DNA of 64,000 nucleotides from Candidatus Omnitrophota bacterium (GCA_028702395.1 JAQVOV010000001.1:3990-67989); one strand, 5' to 3'. Positions 47,615 to 58,071 are shown, counted from the stretch's first letter. Numbers and translations: made by a program. The notes: generated by a model not told the origin, from the sequence alone.

Positions 47615-47989
47615 ATGGCAAAAAAAGTATTGTATATTGAGGATTCACCTACTGATGCCGTTCTTATAAAAGAGCTTTTAGAAAAGGCAGGATTAGATGT
47701 TACGATAGCAAAAACAGGAAAGGAAGGAATAGAAAAAGCCAAAGAGATCAAGCCTGACCTTGTTCTGCTGGATTGTATATTGCCTGATATAAGCGGATTT
47801 GATGTTTGTTCAAAAATTCGTAAAGATGGCAGCCTTCATAAGACATTGATCATAATGATAACTATAAAAGATAGCTTGGATGAGATATCAAAAGCTTTTA
47901 TATTGGGCGCAGATGATTATGTAATAAAACCGTCTATGCCTGAATTTTTAGTAAGAAAGATAAAATTGTATTTAAATGAAAAAAGGTAA
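47615..47989 (+). CDS. Single-domain response regulator (CheY-like receiver)
   Basis: EDSPTD...LDCILPD...KPS receiver motifs. Confidence 0.8.
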   Translation: MAKKVLYIEDSPTDAVLIKELLEKAGLDVTIAKTGKEGIEKAKEIKPDLVLLDCILPDISGFDVCSKIRKDGSLHKTLIIMITIKDSLDEISKAFILGADDYVIKPSMPEFLVRKIKLYLNEKR

Positions 47990-47996
47990 GGGTTAT

Positions 47997-48178
47997 TGCA
48001 AAAACAATAAGTGTTTTAATAATTGATGATTCCTGTTTAATACGGGAGCTTGTGATGGCGCTTTTAACAGCAGATAATGATATTTAAGGCATAGCAACTG
48101 CAGAGAATGGGAAAGAAGGATTAGCAAAGGTAGAACCATATGATGAAATAGAGAGGTTGTTAAGCGAGTGAGTGATGA
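47997..48178 (+). pseudogene. CheB/CheY-like receiver gene fragment (no start codon, in-frame TAA, truncated by repeats)
   Basis: Translation AKTISVLIIDDSCLIRELVMALLTADNDI*GIATAENGKEGLAKVEPYDEI resembles the CheB N-terminus (VLxVDDSxxxRxxLxxxLxxDPDIEVVGTAxNG). It runs into the repeat block. Confidence 0.45.
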
Positions 48179-48730
48179 GGCTGTGCGTCATGAGTAGTGT
48201 GTCTTGAGTCTGCTGTGGAAGACTAAATGTTAGCCACGAGCTACGCGCAGCGAGCCACGAGCTTGTGGAACGTACTTAGTAGAGCTTGATATGGGTTGGT
48301 GATAATGAAGGGGTGATAGGGAATAATTTTAGTTTTACTGGTTGAGCTAGTTGTACTGGTTGGAGATTGGCAAAGCGCATATCGTAAAGTGTGGGGAATT
48401 TAGCCACAAGCTTCGAGCTGCGCGCTGCGCGTGAACGTCCTGAGAGAAGTTTTTGTAGTGGCAGACCTATGTTTCTGCCCTAAAAGTAAAAAGAAAATCG
48501 CGAAAGCGCATATCGCATATCGTAGTGTAAGGTACTAAATTGATTCACAAGCTATGAGCTTCGTGCTACGCGCTAGTTGAACGTACTGAATAGGGATGAG
48601 AGGCGTGTTAGAAACCAGAGATTAGAGACCAGAGAACTTTGGACCGCTTACAGCAGCAGTCCAGAGATTGATATAATGAAAGTATGCCGGATAATATGAA
48701 GATGTTCTGAAAAAAAATAAGGATAATGCT

Positions 48731-49603
48731 ATGCTCAAGAATAAAAAAAACATTACACAGATACAGAATGATGGGCAAGAGCTTAAAAAAATAAAAGAAG
48801 AGCTGGAAATACAGACTTGGGCAATGAAAAAAACAAATGAAGCAATAAAGCTTCTATATAAAGAACTAGAGCAGAAGAATGAAAAATTAAAAGAACTAAA
48901 TAAATTAAAATCCGAATTTGTTTCAATTGTATCTCATGAATTCCGCACACCTCTTTCTTGTATAAAAGAAAGTATAAACATTACACTAGATGGAACACTA
49001 GGCGACCTTAATCAAGAACAGAAAGAGTTCTTGATTGCAGCAAAAGAGAATATAGACAGATTATCACGGCTTATCAATGATGTTCTTGATTATCAGAAAG
49101 TAGAAGCAGGAAAGATGGAATATTTTATTGCAGAACATGATCTGAACATGGTTGTTAAAGATGCTTGCAGGATAATTCAGCCTTTAGCGGACAAAAAGGG
49201 ATTGACCCTTAACTTTCAAGCTAATGAGCATGGGTGTAGAATGAAATTAGATAAAGATAAGATCATTCAAGTTCTTCTTAATTTGATCAATAATGCCATT
49301 AAATTCACTGAAAGAGGAAATGTAGATATTGTAGTTAAAGATGAACAGGACAATTTCCATATTCTAGTTAAGGATACAGGTATAGGTATTGCAAAAGAGG
49401 ATATCCCAAGATTGTTTGAAAGTTTTGAGCAGGTCGGCAAAGGCAAAAAAACAGGCGGAACCGGTTTAGGATTAGCTATTTCCAAAAAGATCATTGAGGC
49501 GCATAATGGAAAGATCTGGGTAGAGTCTGAACAAGGACAAGGTACAACCTTTCATTTTACTTTGCCTAAAAAGCACAATAGAGGTAAATACGACTTAAGG
49601 TGA
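48731..49603 (+). CDS. Cytoplasmic histidine kinase (coiled coil + HisKA + HATPase_c)
   Basis: H-box SHEFRTPL. N, G1 and G2 boxes (NNAIKFT, DTGIGI, GGTGLGL). Confidence 0.8.
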   Translation: MLKNKKNITQIQNDGQELKKIKEELEIQTWAMKKTNEAIKLLYKELEQKNEKLKELNKLKSEFVSIVSHEFRTPLSCIKESINITLDGTLGDLNQEQKEFLIAAKENIDRLSRLINDVLDYQKVEAGKMEYFIAEHDLNMVVKDACRIIQPLADKKGLTLNFQANEHGCRMKLDKDKIIQVLLNLINNAIKFTERGNVDIVVKDEQDNFHILVKDTGIGIAKEDIPRLFESFEQVGKGKKTGGTGLGLAISKKIIEAHNGKIWVESEQGQGTTFHFTLPKKHNRGKYDLR

Positions 49604-49652
49604 AATTTTAAAATATATCTTTAAAAATATTTTTATCTGAAAGGAAAAAAAT

Positions 49653-50045
49653 ATGGCAAAAATCAAAAAAAATAAGGTGCTTATAATCGAAGATGAATCA
49701 GATATGGTCAAAATATTGAACAAAAGGTTTTCCCAGAATGAATTTGATGTTCTGGTTTCATCCGAAGGGTCTCAAGGAGTATCTATTGCACAAAATAACA
49801 AGCCTGACATAATTGTATTGGACCTGATGCTGCCTACTGGGGATGGGTTAGAAGTTTTAGAATCTCTTAACGGATTGCCAGAAACAAAAGATATTCCTGT
49901 AATAGTTGTTACAGGTAATAAAGATGAAAGGTATAAAAAGCAGGTTATAGACAAAGGTGTTGCAGCATATCTTGAAAAACCATATAGTTTTGAAACGTTA
50001 ATGGACATTATCAATAATATTTTCAAAAATAAAAAAGGAATATAA
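49653..50045 (+). CDS. Single-domain response regulator
   Basis: LIIEDE...LDLMLP...TGN...YLEKP motifs. Confidence 0.8.
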   Translation: MAKIKKNKVLIIEDESDMVKILNKRFSQNEFDVLVSSEGSQGVSIAQNNKPDIIVLDLMLPTGDGLEVLESLNGLPETKDIPVIVVTGNKDERYKKQVIDKGVAAYLEKPYSFETLMDIINNIFKNKKGI

Positions 50046-50046
50046 A

Positions 50047-52200
50047 ATGTCACAGCTTATAAATGCTTTATTAAAAGAAAATCTTATAACAGCAGAACAG
50101 CTCGAAGATGCTAAGGATAAGCAAATGGGAGAGAAAAAACCTATACACGAAGTATTATGCGAAATGGGTTTTGTCAAAGAAGAAGATGTTCTCAATATCT
50201 TATCAAAGGTTTTCGGGTTTCAATTGCTCGACATAAAAAAAGAGAAAATAGATCCTTCCGTCGTGAAAATGATACCTTATGATAAAGCTAAAAAATGGGG
50301 GGTTTTCCCTTTGCGTAAAGAAAATGAAAAAATAGTTGTAGCTATGAGCGACCCATTGGATGTTATAACTATAGATGAGATACGGATAATGGTAAATGCA
50401 GAAGTTAAACCTATTTTAGCTACAAAAAAAGACATAGCTAATTTGTGCGAAACACACTATCAGATGGATGAAGCAATTTACGATATTATAAAGAACATAG
50501 TTGAAGATACTACTATAAAGATCGTTGAAGAGAAAAAAGTTTCCGAAGAGTTTTTTGATGTTTCACAAATAAAAGGAGATGCTTCTCCTATAATACGATT
50601 GGTCCGTTTGATAATAGGGGATGCTATTAAAGGAAATGCCAGTGATATTCATATAGAGCCATATCAAAATTTTTTCGGAGTTCGTTACAGGATAGATGGA
50701 TATTTAAAAAAAGTAATGAAAGTACCAAGTAAACTTTTCCCTCAGGTTGTTGCCAGCATTAAAGTATTGGCAAGACTTGATATTGCCGAACATCAGAAAG
50801 CACAAGATGGGCGTGCTCAAGCAGTAGTTAAAGATCATAGTATAGATCTTAGGATCTCAATAGTCCCAGTTATTCATGGAGAGAAAGTTGTTATCAGATT
50901 GCTGGACAAAGCAACTGCACAGGTTGAATTATCAAAGCTGGGGATGGATCAAAAAGATCTGAAGGATTTCAAAGAAACCATTGCTTTGCCGCAAGGCATG
51001 ATACTTGTAACAGGACCTACCGGATCAGGAAAAACCACAACTCTTTATGCAGCATTAAATACCATTAAGAACGAAAAAGTGAATATAATAACGATCGAAG
51101 ATCCTATAGAATATCTTATGGACGGGATCACTCAGATACAGCTTAACCCTGCGAAAAATGTAACTTTTGTTACAGCTCTAAGGAATGTATTGAGACAGGA
51201 CCCTAACATTATTTTAATTGGGGAGATAAGGGATAACGAAACTGCAGACATAGCTTTCAGAGCTTCTATGACAAGGCATTTGGTTTTTTCTGCTATTCAT
51301 ACTAATAATTCAATAGCATCTATTTCAAGACTCAGAAATATAGGGTTGGAACCGTATATAATTAGTTCTTCTTTAAGTATGATAGTTGCACAAAGACTTG
51401 TTAGGGTGAACTGCCCTCATTGCAAGGAAAGTTATCAGCCGGAAGACAATCTTGTAGGGAAATTCCATTCTCTTATAGAAGCTTTTAAGATAACTGATTT
51501 TTTTAGAGGTAAAGGATGTCAAATGTGCGGATATAGCGGTTATTCAGGAAGAATAGCTATTTACGAGGTCTTAAAAATAGATGAAGAAATAAAGGAGCTT
51601 ATTAATTCAAATGCTTCTGAAGGAGAAATTTTGGTGCAAGCAAAAAAGAACGGGTTTAAGACTCTGGCTGAAAATGGCATGTTAAAAATATCCCAAGGGA
51701 TAACTACTTTAGAGGAAGTAAACAATGTACTTGAAGCTGCCGAAGAAAGAACGCCCCATGAAATAAAAAAAGGAAACCTAGTTGAAATAGAGGAAATATT
51801 CGAAGAAAATAAAAAAAATGATGATAAAAAAACAAAGATATTAACAGTTGATGATGAACCGGATATACTCAAGATCTTAAATAAAAGGCTTACAAATGCG
51901 GGATATGAAGTCATTCAAGCAAAAAACGGGAAACAGGCTATTGAAAGTGCTTTCAAGGAAAGACCGGATCTTATTATTATGGACATTATGATGCCTGAAA
52001 TGGATGGGATCGAAGCAACAAAAAGGATAAGGGCACAGCTGCAGACAGCAGCTATTCCTATAATAATGTTAACTGCTAAAAAGGATAAACAAAGTGAGCT
52101 AAAAGGTATAGATGTGGGAGCAGATGATTATATTACCAAGCCTTTTGATAATGAAAAGCTAATTGCTAGGATAGAAATGCTTTTAAGGAGAAGTCGTTAA
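50047..52200 (+). CDS. GspE/PilB-family secretion/pilus-assembly ATPase with N-terminal T2SSE_N domain and C-terminal receiver (REC) domain fusion
   Basis: T2SSE_N (MSQLINALLKENLITAEQLEDA...). Walker A GPTGSGKTT. Tetracysteine CPHC...CQMC. C-terminal KILTVDDEPD...IMDIMMP...MLTAK...YITKPF receiver. Confidence 0.85.
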   Translation: MSQLINALLKENLITAEQLEDAKDKQMGEKKPIHEVLCEMGFVKEEDVLNILSKVFGFQLLDIKKEKIDPSVVKMIPYDKAKKWGVFPLRKENEKIVVAMSDPLDVITIDEIRIMVNAEVKPILATKKDIANLCETHYQMDEAIYDIIKNIVEDTTIKIVEEKKVSEEFFDVSQIKGDASPIIRLVRLIIGDAIKGNASDIHIEPYQNFFGVRYRIDGYLKKVMKVPSKLFPQVVASIKVLARLDIAEHQKAQDGRAQAVVKDHSIDLRISIVPVIHGEKVVIRLLDKATAQVELSKLGMDQKDLKDFKETIALPQGMILVTGPTGSGKTTTLYAALNTIKNEKVNIITIEDPIEYLMDGITQIQLNPAKNVTFVTALRNVLRQDPNIILIGEIRDNETADIAFRASMTRHLVFSAIHTNNSIASISRLRNIGLEPYIISSSLSMIVAQRLVRVNCPHCKESYQPEDNLVGKFHSLIEAFKITDFFRGKGCQMCGYSGYSGRIAIYEVLKIDEEIKELINSNASEGEILVQAKKNGFKTLAENGMLKISQGITTLEEVNNVLEAAEERTPHEIKKGNLVEIEEIFEENKKNDDKKTKILTVDDEPDILKILNKRLTNAGYEVIQAKNGKQAIESAFKERPDLIIMDIMMPEMDGIEATKRIRAQLQTAAIPIIMLTAKKDKQSELKGIDVGADDYITKPFDNEKLIARIEMLLRRSR

Positions 52201-52255
52201 GGGTATCTATAAAGAAAATACAGATATAAAAAATAGCTTAAAACAGCATTAAATA

Positions 52256-55200
52256 ATGTTTGCTGCAGCAATGCTGAAAAGTAGAGCTTGGATCCCTTAT
52301 CAAAACTATAATGGAGGTTTTGTGAAAAGTAAAAAACCAAAGGGAAGATCCTTTAACATTGAGAAAAAAACAGTTCTAGGAGTTTTGGTTATACTGCTTA
52401 TTGGAGTTTTAGGGATATACTGGACTATATATAAAACAAATAAACAGATGCAAAAAGACTTTAGTGCAAACACTCATTTAATAGCAAATGTTCTAGATGT
52501 AAAGAAGATCCAGTCTCTTACCGGAACAACAGAAGATCTGTATAAACCTCAATATAAAGAACTTAAAGAAAAGTTCAAAGATGTTTGCGCTACCCATCCT
52601 GAATATAGGTTTCTTTATTTAATGGGCCGCAGGGGAGACGGAAAAGTGTTTTTCTTTTTAGACAGTGAATCTGCCGGATCAGAAAACGAATCTCCTCCAG
52701 GTCAGATATATAAAGAACTCTCCCCTGATCTGATGAAAGTATTCTACGAAAAGACACCTATTATAAAAGGACCCAATATAGATAGATGGGGAACATGGAT
52801 ATCATCATTTGTCCCCATAATCGATAACAAAACGAATTCTTTAGTTGCAGTTATAGGTTTGGACATTGATTATAACTTATGGAAAAAAGAAATAGGTGCT
52901 CAGGTCTTTTTGCCTATTGGATTGGTTATATCATTAATGATACTTATGATCTCAAGCCTTGTTGCAAACCAGAAAACGAACCATGTTTTGGCGAAGCCTG
53001 TTCAGAGACTTTTATTGGTGCCTTTAGCAATTGTGTTGTTCATGTTAGTTGGAGGGTTCAGCCTTATTTTGATAAGAACTCAACAGCAAAACATGCAGAG
53101 ATCTGCACAACAATTGATGGAGAATATCAGTTTAAAACTTAGCGAAATGATAAAAGAGAAAATAGATGCAATGGAGGTTATTCAAGAAGTTATTCTGAAT
53201 GATGAAAATGTACTTGATCAGTTGAAGTCCAAAGATATAGATTCCCTGCTAAGAGAGTATTCTCCGGTATTCGAAAAAATAAAAGACAACTATGCTATAA
53301 CACATTTTTATTTCCATGGGCCTGATAGGATCAATCTGCTAAGACTCCATAAGCCTGAAAAAAAGGGCGACCTTATTGATAGAACAACTATTGTTGAAGC
53401 GGAAAGAACAGGGAGAACATTTTCAGGGATAGAACTTGGACCTTTAGGAACTTTTACTTTAAGGGTCGTAAAACCCATATATTACGATGAAATACTTATA
53501 GGCTATCTGGAACTTGGGAAAGAAATAGAGGATATTATAAGTAATCTGCATAAAGATAAGAATGTTGAAGTCGAGATTTTCATAATGAAAGATATATTGG
53601 ATAAGACTCTTTGGGAACAGGGAATGAGCATGCTTGGAAGAAAATTCGACTGGGATAGATATCCTGATAAGGTAAGTATATATTCTTCTTTGAACAGTTT
53701 TTCTTTGGATCTTGATAATTATATCAGTAAAAAAAGTAAGGGAAATGTACAAGCATCGAAAGATATCAAGATAAACGGAAAAACATGTAAAGCTATGACC
53801 TTGTTTCTTAAAGATGTTTCCGGCAGTGAAGTTGGTGAAATGATAGTATTGCTAGATGTCTCTTCTATGCATAAAACATTTAGGCATGTTCTTTTTTTAA
53901 CGATATCAATAGCAATAGTTCTTTTATCATCTTTAATAGGGTTTCTATATGTTATGCTGAAACGTACGGAACAAAGTATTCATTTCCAACAGGCAAAATT
54001 GGTCGGGAGTGAGGCCCGTTTAAATGCAACTCTTCATTCAATCGGTGATGCTGTAATAAGTACAGATGTCAATGGTCATGTTGAAGATATGAATGTTGTG
54101 GCAGAACATTTAACAGGATGGACATTGTTGGAGGCTTTAGGCAAAAAAATTGAGGATATTTTTCAGATTGTTAACGGCAGCACAAAAAAAATTGTAGACA
54201 ATCCCATTAAAGAGGTTTTAGAAACGAAAAAGACAGTTATGCTTTTAGACCATACTATACTTATTTCCCGTACGGGAGCAGAGTATCATATATCAGATAG
54301 TGCAGCACCAATTCATAATAATCAGGATACTGTTATTGGAGCTGTTCTGGTGTTTCGGGATGCAAGTAAAGAATATCAGATGAGAAAAGAGATCGAAGAG
54401 GGCTTTGAAAGGTTCAATCAGCTTGCCCAGCAAAGCAAAAAAGTCACATGGGAAGTGAATGCAGATGGAGTTTACACATATGTCAGTCCTATTATGGAAT
54501 GGGTATCGGGTTATAGACCTGATGAGCTGGTAGGAAAAAAACATTTCTATGATCTGTGTCCTAAAAGCGGAAGTAAAAAATGTAAAATGGAAGTCTTAAA
54601 ATATTTTGAAAGAAAAGAATCTTTTGTTAAAATGGAAAGACAGGTTGAATGCAAAGAAGATAAAATTATTTGGGTAGAGACTGATGGTATGCCTGTTTTT
54701 GGCGTTAACGGAGAATTATCAGGATACAGGGGATCTGACTCTGATATAACTGAAAGGAAAAAAGCAGAACAAGAATTGAAAGATAGCGAAGATAACTATC
54801 GCAATTTGTTTGAAAGTTCCATGGATGCAATAATGGTAATTAATGCCGGTAATGACAACCGTTATATAAAAGGGAATAAGCAAGCTATTAAGATGTTCAA
54901 TTGTAAAGATGAAAAAGAATTTCTTTCTTTTTCCCCGATCACGTTTTCTCCCAAGCTGCAACCTGACGGGAGGGAATCTTCAGACAAGGCCAGGGAAATG
55001 ATAAGAACAGCCATTGAAAAAGGGAGTCATTTTTTTGAATGGACACATAAGCGTGTTACAGGAGAAGAATTCCCTGCTAGTGTTTTACTTTCAAGAGTGG
55101 AAACAAAAGGGCAGATTTTTGTATTGGCAACACTTCGAGATCTTACTGAACGTAAGAAAATAGAAAAAGTTCTTCAGCAAAACATAGATAGATTTCAAGG

Positions 55201-56275
55201 GATAGCTGACAGCATGGCTGATTGGATATGGGAGGTAGATTCAAAGATGAAGTATACATATTGTTCCAGCAAGGTCATAAATGTGCTTGGCTACTCCTTT
55301 GAGGAAATACTCGGGAAGTCGCCTTTGGATTTTATTGTACCTGAGGAACGTGAAAGTGCGCTAAAACTTTTTAAAGAGAGTGCTTCTCAAAAAAAGCAGA
55401 TAAAGAACTTTGAACAGTGGAATCTTACTAAGGATGGAAAGCGTGTATGTTTGTCGACAAGCGGTGTTCCTGTTGTAGATGAGAACGGGGAGTTAATTGG
55501 ATATAGAGGGGTTGACGCTGACATTACAGAGAGAAAAAGAGCTGAACAGGAAGTTAAAAGGGCGATGGCAATAAAAAATGAATTCACATCAATGGTCTCA
55601 CATGAACTACGTACCCCGCTTGCAGTCATAATGGAAGGCATCAAAATAGTTTCTGATGGTTCATGCGGAGCGATAAACGATGAGCAAAAAGATTATTTGA
55701 ACACTGCAGAAAGAAATGTAGAAAGACTTGGCCGTTTGATAAATGATGTTTTGGATATCCAGAAAATGGAAGCAGGTATGCAGGAATTCAATATGAAAAA
55801 GGATGATATTAACAGCTGTATCAGTTTTCTCAAAAGCGCTATGGAGCCAGTAGCAAAAAAACTTGGATTAACGCTGGAATTAAATTTGAATAAAGAGATA
55901 CCGCAAATAATGTTTGATAAAGATAAGATAGAACAAGTTTTGACAAATCTTCTTAATAATGCCATGAAGTTCACTGAAAAAGGAAAGATCAGTATTATAA
56001 CAGGAACTGAAAGCAATTGTGTTAAAGTTTCGGTAAAAGATACAGGGCCTGGCATAAAAAAAGAGGACACAGGAAAGATCTTTGATAAATTTGAACAACT
56101 TTTAACCGGTAATGAGAGAAAACCAGGAGGAACAGGGTTAGGATTGGCAATATGTAAAGAGATCATTCTTCAGCATGGAGGAAAGATCTGGGCAGAATCT
56201 GAAATAGGTAAAGGGTCTACTATTTCATTTTTATTACCAATAAAGGAAAGAAGGATGGTGCATCATGAAAAATAA
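52256..56275 (+). CDS. Large membrane sensor histidine kinase (periplasmic sensor + TM + multiple PAS/PAC + HisKA + HATPase_c)
   Basis: Two TM segments flank a ~180-aa extracytoplasmic region. At least 4 PAS-like blocks. H-box SHELRTPL, N/G boxes (NNAMKFT, DTGPGI, GGTGLGL). Confidence 0.8.
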   Translation: MFAAAMLKSRAWIPYQNYNGGFVKSKKPKGRSFNIEKKTVLGVLVILLIGVLGIYWTIYKTNKQMQKDFSANTHLIANVLDVKKIQSLTGTTEDLYKPQYKELKEKFKDVCATHPEYRFLYLMGRRGDGKVFFFLDSESAGSENESPPGQIYKELSPDLMKVFYEKTPIIKGPNIDRWGTWISSFVPIIDNKTNSLVAVIGLDIDYNLWKKEIGAQVFLPIGLVISLMILMISSLVANQKTNHVLAKPVQRLLLVPLAIVLFMLVGGFSLILIRTQQQNMQRSAQQLMENISLKLSEMIKEKIDAMEVIQEVILNDENVLDQLKSKDIDSLLREYSPVFEKIKDNYAITHFYFHGPDRINLLRLHKPEKKGDLIDRTTIVEAERTGRTFSGIELGPLGTFTLRVVKPIYYDEILIGYLELGKEIEDIISNLHKDKNVEVEIFIMKDILDKTLWEQGMSMLGRKFDWDRYPDKVSIYSSLNSFSLDLDNYISKKSKGNVQASKDIKINGKTCKAMTLFLKDVSGSEVGEMIVLLDVSSMHKTFRHVLFLTISIAIVLLSSLIGFLYVMLKRTEQSIHFQQAKLVGSEARLNATLHSIGDAVISTDVNGHVEDMNVVAEHLTGWTLLEALGKKIEDIFQIVNGSTKKIVDNPIKEVLETKKTVMLLDHTILISRTGAEYHISDSAAPIHNNQDTVIGAVLVFRDASKEYQMRKEIEEGFERFNQLAQQSKKVTWEVNADGVYTYVSPIMEWVSGYRPDELVGKKHFYDLCPKSGSKKCKMEVLKYFERKESFVKMERQVECKEDKIIWVETDGMPVFGVNGELSGYRGSDSDITERKKAEQELKDSEDNYRNLFESSMDAIMVINAGNDNRYIKGNKQAIKMFNCKDEKEFLSFSPITFSPKLQPDGRESSDKAREMIRTAIEKGSHFFEWTHKRVTGEEFPASVLLSRVETKGQIFVLATLRDLTERKKIEKVLQQNIDRFQGIADSMADWIWEVDSKMKYTYCSSKVINVLGYSFEEILGKSPLDFIVPEERESALKLFKESASQKKQIKNFEQWNLTKDGKRVCLSTSGVPVVDENGELIGYRGVDADITERKRAEQEVKRAMAIKNEFTSMVSHELRTPLAVIMEGIKIVSDGSCGAINDEQKDYLNTAERNVERLGRLINDVLDIQKMEAGMQEFNMKKDDINSCISFLKSAMEPVAKKLGLTLELNLNKEIPQIMFDKDKIEQVLTNLLNNAMKFTEKGKISIITGTESNCVKVSVKDTGPGIKKEDTGKIFDKFEQLLTGNERKPGGTGLGLAICKEIILQHGGKIWAESEIGKGSTISFLLPIKERRMVHHEK

Positions 56276-56639
56276 GATCCTTGTTGTTGATGATGAATTG
56301 GATCTGCGTAAGCTTGTTGCAGCAAGATTATCAAAGGCCGGATATGATGTCATTGAAGCCAGTAACGGACAAGAAGGTTTGGATCTTATGAAAAAAGAAA
56401 ATCCTGATATGGTTCTTTTAGACCTTTTAATGCCTGTTATGGATGGATATGCAGTTTGCCGCACAGCAAAAAAAGATGAGACTATAAAAAATATTCCCAT
56501 AATATTATTCGCAGCAAAATTAGCCTCTAAAACCATAGATAAAGAAGTAAAAGAGTTAGGAGCTATAGATTTTATAGGAAAACCATTTGAGGCAAAAGAA
56601 CTTTTGGAAAAGATCGAGAAGGTGTTAAGCGCGAGGTAG
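56265..56639 (+). CDS. Single-domain response regulator (overlaps the HK stop)
   Basis: VVDDELD...LLDLLMP...AAK...FIGKPF motifs. Confidence 0.8.
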   Translation: MKNKILVVDDELDLRKLVAARLSKAGYDVIEASNGQEGLDLMKKENPDMVLLDLLMPVMDGYAVCRTAKKDETIKNIPIILFAAKLASKTIDKEVKELGAIDFIGKPFEAKELLEKIEKVLSAR

Positions 56640-56689
56640 GCTAAGCCACGTGCAACGAGCTAGTGTAACGTACTGAATAGAGTTATAAG

Positions 56690-56815
56690 GGGTTAGTTAT
56701 TAGTGTGTGTTATTAGTGTGAGTAAACGAAGATGCCTAATAGAATTGATTTTAAAACCGTGTTTAGGAGGATCTTTCACACACACTCACACAAATAACTC
56801 ACACTAAATCATATA
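56690..56815. repeat. Inverted-repeat element of GTGTGAG/TTATTAG-type heptads upstream of the tandem-REC gene
   Basis: ttattagtgtgtgttattagtgtgagt ... cacacacactcacacaaataactcacactaa. Ends ~15 nt before GGGAGAAAAA-ATG. Confidence 0.75.
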
Positions 56816-56829
56816 AAACGGGAGAAAAA

Positions 56830-57612
56830 ATGCCAAAAAAACGAACAATTCTTGTCGTGGATGATGAAAAGGATTTTGTAAAGGTCTTGAAAGGGCGTCT
56901 TGAAAAAAAAGGGTATAAAGTAATAGTTGCTTATAATGGAAAAGAGGGTTTGGAAATATTGAAAGACAATAGCCCTGATCTGATAGTTTTGGATATTAAC
57001 ATGCCTGTTATGGGCGGAATAGAATTTTATAACCATATTTGTGATGAAAAAGCTATTTCAATGTATCCAGTACTTGTATTAACTGCGCGTGGCGAGTTAA
57101 AGGATATTTTTAAAGAGATGAACGCAGATGGGTTTATAGCCAAACCATTCAATATAGAAAAATTATACAAAGAAATAAATGTTATTATGCGTAAAAGATA
57201 TGGAAGTGATAGTAGACGTTTAAGATCAAATATTCCAAAAGAAGTTCTTATTGTTGATGATAATAATGAAGTTTTCAACAAAATAGCAGTAGCTTTTTTA
57301 AACGCCGGATACATTGTGCATGCATCTAATAATGGAATGTCTACAATAGAAAAAATAAATGAACATATTCCTGATCTGCTGGTTATCAGATTGGAATTAT
57401 CCGATATGCGCGGAGATGTTATAGTTTCTAAGCTTAGGAAAATGCCAAAAACTGCGGATCTTCCGGTCGTGTTGTACTCCCCTGAAATGGCAGGAGGTAA
57501 TCCTGTAATAGAAGGCATCATATGCGCGAAAACACGAGTAGAGAAAATAGTAGAAACAGATAAACCACAGGAGCTCTTGCGGGCAGCAGCTGATACCTTG
57601 GGAATAACCTAA
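56830..57612 (+). CDS. Response regulator with two tandem receiver domains
   Basis: REC1 (VVDDEKD...LDINMP...LTAR...AKPF). REC2 (IVDDNNE...LVIRLEL...). Confidence 0.7.
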   Translation: MPKKRTILVVDDEKDFVKVLKGRLEKKGYKVIVAYNGKEGLEILKDNSPDLIVLDINMPVMGGIEFYNHICDEKAISMYPVLVLTARGELKDIFKEMNADGFIAKPFNIEKLYKEINVIMRKRYGSDSRRLRSNIPKEVLIVDDNNEVFNKIAVAFLNAGYIVHASNNGMSTIEKINEHIPDLLVIRLELSDMRGDVIVSKLRKMPKTADLPVVLYSPEMAGGNPVIEGIICAKTRVEKIVETDKPQELLRAAADTLGIT

Positions 57613-57622
57613 AAGGAGTTAA

Positions 57623-58003
57623 ATGATGGAAGTAAAAAAAGTATTGATCGTAGAAGATAATTTTGAGATCATCAAAGTTCTCAAAAAAAGATTGGAGGAC
57701 AATGATTTTTCTGTTGATGTGGCAGAAGGGGGATATGCTGTTCTTGGTTTTTTGAAAGAGGAGAACGGACCGGATGTGGTTATTTTAGATATAATGATAC
57801 CGGAGCGCAACGGAATGGAACTTATATGTTCAATAAAAAACAAATGGGCGAACACGAAAATATTTATTTTTTCTGCACATGATGAATATAAAAGGAAAAT
57901 GCATCTTTACAAGGAATATGTTTGTGCTTTTTTCTCTAAAGTAGATGGGATCGAAAATCTTATAGAAGCTATAAAAGATGAATTGGCAAAGCAAACAGGC
58001 TAA
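57623..58003 (+). CDS. Single-domain response regulator
   Basis: IVEDNFE...LDIMIPE...FSAHD receiver motifs. Confidence 0.7.
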   Translation: MMEVKKVLIVEDNFEIIKVLKKRLEDNDFSVDVAEGGYAVLGFLKEENGPDVVILDIMIPERNGMELICSIKNKWANTKIFIFSAHDEYKRKMHLYKEYVCAFFSKVDGIENLIEAIKDELAKQTG

Positions 58004-58071
58004 GAGGTCATTATAGAGTGTCAATAGACAACAGTGCAGGTTCTATTATTTGACAGGGAAAGGCAGGTTAT

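Noticed and set aside
55693-56166. Antisense ORFs inside large genes (e.g. 55693..56166 -, 57027..57521 -, 51561..51914 -, 13310..13564 -, 33751..34005 -)
   Set aside because: They lie fully within strongly supported + strand genes (HK, REC, GspE, rny, gcvPB) and are low-complexity Ser/Phe-rich. They are typical spurious antisense frames in an AT-rich genome.
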